Assembly: GCA_012517255.1 (NCBI GenBank) | Contig: JAAYVH010000159.1 | Location: forward strand, 2,793 to 66,792 | DNA from: Chthonomonadales bacterium | GTDB taxonomy: Bacteria > Armatimonadota > Chthonomonadetes > Chthonomonadales > CAJBBX01 | Direction of reading: 5' to 3' | Length of the DNA stretch: 64,000 bases | In this document: piece by piece, positions 47,337 to 53,771 of the stretch | Layout of the letters: every line of letters starts with the position of its first letter | How positions within the stretch are numbered: position 1 is the first letter of the stretch | Position numbers and translations under genes: made by a program | The notes under the pieces: model-generated | Database searches by the model: none | What the model saw: only the letters and a program-made list of their open reading frames with translations | What the model was told of the DNA's origin: nothing

Positions 47337-48728
47337 ATGAACGTCATTCTTGTGTCGCTCGACACCTTGCGCGCCGACAGGCTCGGCTGCTACGGGCATT
47401 TCCGGCCCACCACCCCGCATCTGGACAGGCTCGCGGCCCAGGGCACGCTGTTTATGGAGCATTTCAGCCCGCACATCCCGACCTATCCGGGACACACGAC
47501 GATGCTAACGGGGCGCGATGTCTATGCCCATCATGTGACGGGACAGTCGGCTGCCTTCGAGCCGCCGGCAGACATGCCCATGCTTGCCGAACGCCTGAAA
47601 GACGCCGGCTACTGGACGGCGGCCGCCGACAATCTGGGCAAGTGGTTCACGCGCGGCTTCGACATGGTGGAGACCTATGCGTGGGATACGAGCCTCAAAC
47701 GGGAATGGCGCAAGGGCGAAGCGGTCCTCGAAGCGTCGCTCAGGGCCCTGAATGTCGCTGCGGATCAGGCGCAGCCGTTCTTTCTCTTCCTGCATTTCTG
47801 GGATCCTCACACTCCGTATCTACCTCCGGCCCCGTTCGATCGGATGTTCTTCGAGGGCGACGAACGGGACCCGACCAACCGGTCCATGGATGCGGTGTGG
47901 GCCTTCGAGCCCTTCAAGTGGTACTTCCACGAATGGATGCCCGGCGTGACGGACATCGAGTTTCCCAAGGCACAGTACGATGCCGAGATCGCGTATATGG
48001 ATGCATGTCTCGGTCATGTGCTCACCCGGCTCGAGGAACTTGACCTGGTGGACGACACGCTGCTCGTGATAACGACCGATCACGGCGAAGAGCTCGATGA
48101 GCATGGTTGCTGGTTCGATCACCACGGTCTCTATGACACCAACACCCGGATACCCCTGATCTTGCGTCTGCCCGGCGCCGTTCCGGCTGGACGCCGCGTC
48201 CACGGCCTGACTCGCTCTCTTGATCTCGTGCCGACGATCCTCGACTATGCGGGCGTCGCCGCGGAACCTCTCGATGGCATCAGCATGCGGCCCTTGATCG
48301 AGGCGGACGGCCCTGGCGTGTCGCGGGGGACCTGCGACGCGATCCACATGACCGAAAACACGTGGATGAAGAAGCGCGCGGTGCGCACGCATGCATGGAA
48401 ACTCATTCGCGCCCTGGAGCCCGACGCGCACGGCTTCCCTGAGGTCGAGCTCTACAACCTGAGCGAGGACCCTGAGGAGCAGCGCAACGTGGCGGATGCC
48501 ATGCCTGAGCAGGTGGCGGCCCTGACGGCGATCATGGAGGACCACGTGCGCCGGCGCGTCGAGACCACAGGCCGCCCCGATCCGCTGCCCCTGCAGCCCG
48601 TGCCGCTCAAGCGCGTCGGCAAGATGCAGGACTCTGTGCCTGACAAGGCGGGAGCCGCGGTTGGTGACGAGAAACTCCGCGACGGCGATTTCATCGGCTA
48701 TGTTCGCGACGACCAGGAGCGCGGGTGA
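47337..48728 (+). CDS. alkaline-phosphatase-superfamily hydrolase (sulfatase/phosphodiesterase-like)
   Basis: N-terminal metal-site motif VILVSLDTLRADRLGCYG. The nucleophile block reads PTYPGHTTMLTGRDVYAHH (Thr, NPP-like) instead of the C/S-x-P-x-R of formylglycine sulfatases. GGAGG lies upstream. Confidence 0.75.
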   Translation: MNVILVSLDTLRADRLGCYGHFRPTTPHLDRLAAQGTLFMEHFSPHIPTYPGHTTMLTGRDVYAHHVTGQSAAFEPPADMPMLAERLKDAGYWTAAADNLGKWFTRGFDMVETYAWDTSLKREWRKGEAVLEASLRALNVAADQAQPFFLFLHFWDPHTPYLPPAPFDRMFFEGDERDPTNRSMDAVWAFEPFKWYFHEWMPGVTDIEFPKAQYDAEIAYMDACLGHVLTRLEELDLVDDTLLVITTDHGEELDEHGCWFDHHGLYDTNTRIPLILRLPGAVPAGRRVHGLTRSLDLVPTILDYAGVAAEPLDGISMRPLIEADGPGVSRGTCDAIHMTENTWMKKRAVRTHAWKLIRALEPDAHGFPEVELYNLSEDPEEQRNVADAMPEQVAALTAIMEDHVRRRVETTGRPDPLPLQPVPLKRVGKMQDSVPDKAGAAVGDEKLRDGDFIGYVRDDQERG

Positions 48729-48730
48729 TC

Positions 48731-49549
48731 ATGTCGGACCTTCAGGCTCTCATACTGGGGTTTCTGCAGGGCTTCACGGAGTGGCTGCCCATCAGCAGCA
48801 CGGCCCACCTTGCCGTGGCGCTGCATCTGTTCGGCCTGAGCGAAAGCCAGGGCATGGGCGCCGCATTCACGGCTGTTAGCCAGCTCGGCTCCGTGCTGGC
48901 GGCGGTGGTCTATTTCCGCAAGGACATTGCGGACGTGCTCTTGCGGCCGGCGGGCTCGTCGGCCGAGCCGGACAGGGCCGACCGTCGGCTGCTGATGCCG
49001 GTCATCATCGGGACCATCCCGGTGGTGGTGTGCGGCGTACTGCTGAAGGACGCCATCGAGGGACCGTTCCGCGCTCTCCATGTGATTGCGGGCAGCATGA
49101 TCAGCTTCGGCATCATCCTTGCCGTTGTCGAGAAGAAGGCCAAGCGAACGCGCAGGTTGGGAAGCATCGGCGTGTGGGACGGGCTTGCCATCGGGATCGG
49201 TCAGGCCTTCTCGCTAATGCCGGGCGCTTCGCGCTCAGGCACCACCATCACCGCAGCGCTTGCCTGCGGTCTCGAGCGGGCCACGGCCGCCCGCTTCTCG
49301 TTCCTGCTGAGCCTGCCGGCCATCACCGGCGCCGGCCTCTATGAGCTTGTCAAACACCGCGAGGCCATCGTCGCGGCCCAGATGACCCGGCCCATCATTC
49401 TGGCCACCATCATGGCGTTCATCGTGGGCTGGGCGACCATAGACTTCCTCATCAAGTTCCTGCGACGACACCCGACGTATGTGTTCGTCTGGTACAGGGT
49501 TGTGGTCGGCGTCATCATCATGGCGCTGGTTATGGGGGGACTGCTGTAG
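48731..49549 (+). CDS. uppP: undecaprenyl-diphosphate phosphatase
   Basis: MSDLQALILGFLQGFTEWLPISSTAHL and PGASRSGTTI are the UppP/BacA signatures. An alternative GTG at 48725 overlaps the upstream stop. Confidence 0.9.
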   Translation: MSDLQALILGFLQGFTEWLPISSTAHLAVALHLFGLSESQGMGAAFTAVSQLGSVLAAVVYFRKDIADVLLRPAGSSAEPDRADRRLLMPVIIGTIPVVVCGVLLKDAIEGPFRALHVIAGSMISFGIILAVVEKKAKRTRRLGSIGVWDGLAIGIGQAFSLMPGASRSGTTITAALACGLERATAARFSFLLSLPAITGAGLYELVKHREAIVAAQMTRPIILATIMAFIVGWATIDFLIKFLRRHPTYVFVWYRVVVGVIIMALVMGGLL

Positions 49550-49569
49550 TTCGGGACATCCGTGGCCGT

Positions 49570-50718
49570 CTATGAGGCGTCTGACGCTCGGTTTCGCGCT
49601 TCTGCGGCAAGTCTTTCGAGATAGGCCTTATCTTCGGGGTCGTCGGCAGACGCCAGGAACGCCTGAAGCCTGGCCTGTGCGTCCGGCGTGAGCCCTTCGC
49701 TCCGCAGCAGCCATGCAATGGCCCGGAGCTGCGCTTTGCGGCGCGTTCTCTCATCCGAGGCGCTCGCAGCCACGGCGTCATAGGCGGCAAGCGTAAGCCC
49801 GGAGTCGGCTCCCTGCGAGACGGCTGAAGCCAGGGCCATGGCCTGCTCGTCGGTCAGCAGGCGCAACGGGTTCAGATCCGCGACGATGCCGTACAGTCGC
49901 ACGGCCGCGTCGGTCTGGCCCGCGCCCATGGCGTGGGCGATCTGCTCGGCGGCGACGGACGCGGCTCGCTCGCGGTCGCCTGTGTCCCTGAGCGCTTCGA
50001 TCCATCGCACGACGGCTTCGCGGTTCGTCGGATCCGATCGGACCACCGACTCCCACTTCTCGGCTGCGGCGAACGGCGAGACGCCGTCCGCTTCGTCATG
50101 AATCGCCTTGCGGCGGTAGTCGCGCTGAGCGGTCGCCACCATGCCGGAGGCATGCGCCCAGCCGATGCCCAGCAGGAAGCCCGCTATATGCGCCCAGTGA
50201 GCCGCCGATGGCGCGATCGCGCCGCCCGTCTGCGCCGAGTGGGCGGCGATGGACACCATCTCGCCGCAGGCTGTGATCGCTATCAGCGGAACGACGGGCA
50301 CGCGGATGCGCGTTCCGCCGATGCACAACCTCGAGCGATAGAAGCATGCCGCGAACACTCCCAGCACCCACGCGACCGGGCCAGACGCTCCGATCACCAT
50401 GATGTCTCGTTCGCGCACGGGCCCGTAGATGACCGCGCCAGCTTCACAGAGCCCGGTCAATGCCGCCGCCGCGACGAACAGGAGGGCAAACCGCCAGCGA
50501 CCCATGGCGCGTTCGACTGCGCTCCCGAACACGAAGAGCAAGAGCATGTTCACCGAAAGATGGAGCAGGTGTTCGTGGAGCAGCCAGTAGGTGAAGGGGG
50601 TGTGCCACCGGATCGAGTCCGGGGCGAGACCGAGCGCCGCGAACCAGCGGACGGGAATGTCGGGGCCCGTGCGCCATGTGACGACGGCCACGAGCCCGAA
50701 CGCGGCCATGTTCGCCAT
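49570..50718 (-). CDS. rhomboid-family protease with C-terminal helical-repeat (TPR-like) domain
   Basis: HLSVNMLLLFVFGSAVE, GASGPVAWVLG and HIAGFLLGIG form the membrane core. A ~180-aa alpha-helical soluble tail follows. Confidence 0.7.
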   Translation of the reverse strand: MANMAAFGLVAVVTWRTGPDIPVRWFAALGLAPDSIRWHTPFTYWLLHEHLLHLSVNMLLLFVFGSAVERAMGRWRFALLFVAAAALTGLCEAGAVIYGPVRERDIMVIGASGPVAWVLGVFAACFYRSRLCIGGTRIRVPVVPLIAITACGEMVSIAAHSAQTGGAIAPSAAHWAHIAGFLLGIGWAHASGMVATAQRDYRRKAIHDEADGVSPFAAAEKWESVVRSDPTNREAVVRWIEALRDTGDRERAASVAAEQIAHAMGAGQTDAAVRLYGIVADLNPLRLLTDEQAMALASAVSQGADSGLTLAAYDAVAASASDERTRRKAQLRAIAWLLRSEGLTPDAQARLQAFLASADDPEDKAYLERLAAEARNRASDAS

Positions 50719-50828
50719 GACGAGGACAAGCGTTACAATCGGGGCTGCCGGCGCCGCGTCCTCGCCGACATAGGGAACGTAGAGCCCGGCACCCGGCGCC
50801 GAAGCGCCCGAACGGCTACTGGAAGAGC

Positions 50829-51578
50829 CTACCGATCCGCCTCCATCTCCTCGTCGGGGATGTCGAAGTTCGCATGAACGGCCTGGATGTCGTCGTGCTC
50901 TTCGAGGAGGTCCATCAGCTTCAGCACCTGCTGGGCTTCCTTCCCCTCGACGCGAACCGTCGTGGTCGGTATGCGCGTAACATCCGACGAGACCACCTTC
51001 AGCCCCGCCTCGCGCAGCGCGTCGGCAACGCCTGCCAGATCTCCCGGCGATGTGTAGACCTCAAAGCCGTCGTCGGTCGTCTGCACATCGTCGGCGCCCG
51101 CTTCGAGCGCGGCGGTTAGCACGGCGTCTTCCTCAACGCCGTCCCGCTCGATGGTGATCAGACCCACCGGCGGACCGAACAGATAGCTCACCGCGCCGCT
51201 CTCGGCGAGTCGCCCATTGTTCTTGTTCAGGATGCTGCGCACGTCGGCCACCGTGCGGTTGCGGTTGTCGGTGGCGCAGAAGATCATCATGGCCACGCCG
51301 CCGGGCGCGTAGGCCTCATACATCAGCTCTTCGATGGCGGCGCCTTCGACCTCGCCGGTGCCGCGCTGGATGGCGTTCTTGATCTTGTCCTGCGGCATGG
51401 AGGCTTCGCGCGCCTTCTGGATTGCCAATCGGAGCCGAATGTTGGCGTCGGGATTGCCGCCGCCCTGCTTGGCGGCGATGATGATCTCGCGCGCGAGTTT
51501 GGTGAAGCGAGCGCCGCGTTCGGCGTCTTGCTTCCCCTTCCTCAATCGGATGTTATGCCATTTCGAGTGCCCGGACAC
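50829..51578 (-). CDS. yebC: YebC/PmpR-family transcriptional regulator
   Basis: The N-terminus MSGHSKWHNIRLRKGKQDAERG is diagnostic. Length 249 aa. Confidence 0.9.
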   Translation of the reverse strand: MSGHSKWHNIRLRKGKQDAERGARFTKLAREIIIAAKQGGGNPDANIRLRLAIQKAREASMPQDKIKNAIQRGTGEVEGAAIEELMYEAYAPGGVAMMIFCATDNRNRTVADVRSILNKNNGRLAESGAVSYLFGPPVGLITIERDGVEEDAVLTAALEAGADDVQTTDDGFEVYTSPGDLAGVADALREAGLKVVSSDVTRIPTTTVRVEGKEAQQVLKLMDLLEEHDDIQAVHANFDIPDEEMEADR

Positions 51579-51780
51579 CGCAGCTACCTCCCCTGCCGCA
51601 AACTAACCACAACCGACGGCCATTGTATCACATCTGAAGCGGTCGGGGGAGGCTCCGCGCTGCGACGGCGACGCTGAGCATCCGTCGCATCTCGCGACGC
51701 CAATGGGCCGATCGGCGCAGACAGCTCGGGATCGCACCGTCGGCGGTCCGGCCGATACGCCGTTACAGGGTGCGTGCGCA

Positions 51781-51832
51781 GCCCGCCGGTGATTGAGCCG
51801 GCGCGAAGCGCCGTGTCGAAATCAAGGCGGGC
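51781..51832. repeat. 52-bp hairpin element X, copy 1
   Basis: GCCCGCC-N38-GGCGGGC with an inner GGCGC-GAA-GCGCC stem-loop. It is the exact reverse complement of 52545-52596, checked base by base (52/52). Confidence 0.9.
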
Positions 51833-51893
51833 GATGTTCATCCCTATGGCGGTCGTTCGGCCCGCAGTGTCTACGACCGCGCGCCGCACAATG

Positions 51894-52093
51894 CCCGTAG
51901 GGACGAATCAATCGCCGAGCGGAACCCGCCGAGAAGAGGGACGCGGCAGCGCGCGGTTGGTTCGCCCATGTAACGCGTGAGGCGTAGGCCAGCCGGTGAA
52001 CGCCGCCATTTGTCGGAACAAGGGCGTACCAGCCGGTTGCGGCCTCAGATCACGTGATCGCCCCGTCGGTCGTCCGGCTGATACGCCCCTACG
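51894..52093. repeat. structured REP-like repeat, full copy B1
   Basis: A 200-bp unit with modules a, b and c. By eye it is about 88% identical to B2 and clearly related to 36114-36288. Confidence 0.85.
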
Positions 52094-52175
52094 ACATCCG
52101 CGCGAGCCGCGACGCGGTGTGGGGCGCGCTGCGACGCGCCCCAACCATTGCCGCCGCTTCTCGCGACGCCCACAC

Positions 52176-52291
52176 GTCATTGCGAGCGAAGCGAAGCAAT
52201 CCCGAAGGCATTTGCTCGTCCCGTATGGCGACGCCTATCTGCCCATCGGCGCGTCGACCGTTCGGGATCGCGTCGCTGCGCTCGCGATGAC
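52176..52291. repeat. inverted-repeat (foldback) element nested between B1 and B2
   Basis: The 31-nt arms GTCATTGCGAGCGAAGCGAAGCAATCCCGAA (52176-52206) and TTCGGGATCGCGTCGCTGCGCTCGCGATGAC (52261-52291) are complementary at 27/31 positions, around a 54-nt loop. Confidence 0.75.
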
Positions 52292-52332
52292 GTGACGGGT
52301 CGTCGTTCGCCATGGAGAGCGCACTCCGGCAG

Positions 52333-52531
52333 CCCGTAGGGGCGAATCAACCGCCGACCGGGACCGCCGAGAAGAGGGACGCGGCAGCGCGCGGTTGGTT
52401 CGCCCATGTAACGTGTGATGCGTAGGCCAGCCGGTGAACGCCGCCATTTGTCGAAACAAGGGCGTACCAGCCGGTTGTGGCCTCGCATTATGTGATTGCA
52501 CCATCAGCCGTCCGGCTGATACGCCGCTACG
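52333..52531. repeat. structured REP-like repeat, full copy B2
   Basis: Direct repeat of B1, 439 bp downstream, with the same a/b/c module order. Confidence 0.85.
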
Positions 52532-52544
52532 TGGCGCGTGCGTT

Positions 52545-52596
52545 GCCCGCCTTGATTTCGACACGGCGCTTCGCGCCGGCTCAATCACCGGCGGGC
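52545..52596. repeat. 52-bp hairpin element X, copy 2 (inverted relative to copy 1)
   Basis: Exact reverse complement of 51781-51832. It contains the stop codon (52581-52583) and the last 4 codons of the GyrI-like gene. Confidence 0.9.
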
Positions 52597-53081
52597 TCGA
52601 TCTTCATCCAGACGTGCTCGACGAACGGCGGCTTTGGCTCGTTCTCATAGCTCATGGCGAAGCATGCGTCTCCCTCGACGTAGCCGTGCTCGGTTGCCCA
52701 TCGCTCGAGCATCGTGACGGCATCACCCACGCCCATGGCGGCCTCTTCCTCGGTGTCGCCTGTCGAGGTGACCGTGACATACTGTCCTTCCGAGAACCGC
52801 GTTGTGGCCACGTCGGCGGGAACGGCGGCGATGTCAGAGACCTCGACGCCCACAAAGCAGGCCCGGACGTCTGCTCCTGCGTCCGGATGGTCACGCCTCG
52901 GGCGATAGAGAAAGCCAAGGATCGTGTCGCCCACGCGGTTCGTGATGGTATCTCTGCACCGTAGGAACCCGGTGTAGGCAGCCGACCACGCGGGACCCTC
53001 GTCGTCTCCCTCGAACGTTGCGTAACAGCCTGCCACATGGTACGGCCCGGCATGGACGACGGTCGGCTCGCTGAGTCTCAT
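52581..53081 (-). CDS. GyrI-like small-molecule-binding domain protein
   Basis: About 166 aa from ATG 53081 (MRLSEPTVVHAGPYHVAGCYATFEGDD...). There are two similar beta-alpha-beta-beta halves and a tail ...GDACFAMSYENEPKPPFVEHVWMKIEP, typical of GyrI-like/AraC-effector-binding domains. The ORF-track start at 53183 overlaps the upstream gene. Confidence 0.55.
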   Translation of the reverse strand: MRLSEPTVVHAGPYHVAGCYATFEGDDEGPAWSAAYTGFLRCRDTITNRVGDTILGFLYRPRRDHPDAGADVRACFVGVEVSDIAAVPADVATTRFSEGQYVTVTSTGDTEEEAAMGVGDAVTMLERWATEHGYVEGDACFAMSYENEPKPPFVEHVWMKIEPAGD

Positions 53082-53121
53082 GGCCGTTGCAGCCCTCATT
53101 TCTCTGGTACACGGCCTGACG

Positions 53122-53661
53122 CTAAGGCTTCCGGGTCTCTCCCGATTTGCCCGCCATAGCCTCCTTGAGAGGCTTCCCGTCAATGGTAGGGTTCGACTTA
53201 ACGGTCTCTATCTGCAGCAGGCGCCAGCCCTGCGCAGTCTTCTGCCACGTGTCCCGGGTGACGCCCTGGTCGGCCATCTTCACCGTTTTGCCCTTCTGCG
53301 GCTCGATGACGCCGCTGAAGGCATAGCGGTTGACCACGATCGCATCCTTGCCCTTGATGGCCAGCTTGGCGATCTGCATCTTGACGGACTTCATCTCCTT
53401 GAGCATGGCGAACTGCATCCCGATCTGCATCTTCACTTTGTCAGCCGGAACCGTCTCGTCGCCCGATTTGCCGGTGAAGCCCGGAGCGGTCAGGGCCATG
53501 ACAGCGTTGACGTCCCGCTTCAGGAACGCTTGCTCCATCTTGCGGTACATTGGCTCCAGCGCCTTGCGGACGGCCCGCTCATTGCCCTGCGCCCACGACG
53601 CCGATGCCATGGCCGCGATCAACGCCACAACGAACACACGGTACGCGCCTCTCACTCTCAT
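53122..53661 (-). CDS. secreted NTF2-like (SnoaL/DUF4440-like) protein
   Basis: Signal peptide (VFVVALIAAMASASWAQG), then YRKMEQAFLKRDVNAVMALTAPGF and a C-terminal ...DTWQKTAQGWRLL pattern typical of DUF4440/SnoaL-like domains. Confidence 0.5.
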   Translation of the reverse strand: MRVRGAYRVFVVALIAAMASASWAQGNERAVRKALEPMYRKMEQAFLKRDVNAVMALTAPGFTGKSGDETVPADKVKMQIGMQFAMLKEMKSVKMQIAKLAIKGKDAIVVNRYAFSGVIEPQKGKTVKMADQGVTRDTWQKTAQGWRLLQIETVKSNPTIDGKPLKEAMAGKSGETRKP

Positions 53662-53771
53662 TCCTCCTTAGGGCCGAATGACCTCAGTATGCACCATACG
53701 GACCGCGGGATAACGCGTCCGATGGTGTGGCAGCTCCACCCATCTCGCACGCGATATCCGTCTGCCCGCGA

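Noticed and set aside
51894-52531. Direct repeats B1/B2 with a spacer, considered as a possible CRISPR array.
   Set aside because: There are only two copies. The repeats are ~200 bp rather than 24-48 bp, and they are imperfect (~88% identical). There is no regular short-spacer periodicity and no cas genes in the window.
51584-52964. About ten overlapping 60-180-aa ORFs on both strands between yebC and the GyrI-like gene.
   Set aside because: Their sequences are translations of the repeat modules. The same peptides recur, e.g. IEPARSAVSKSRRA, LIRPYGLP and LLRFARNDV. None has a start context. I treat them as non-coding repeat DNA.
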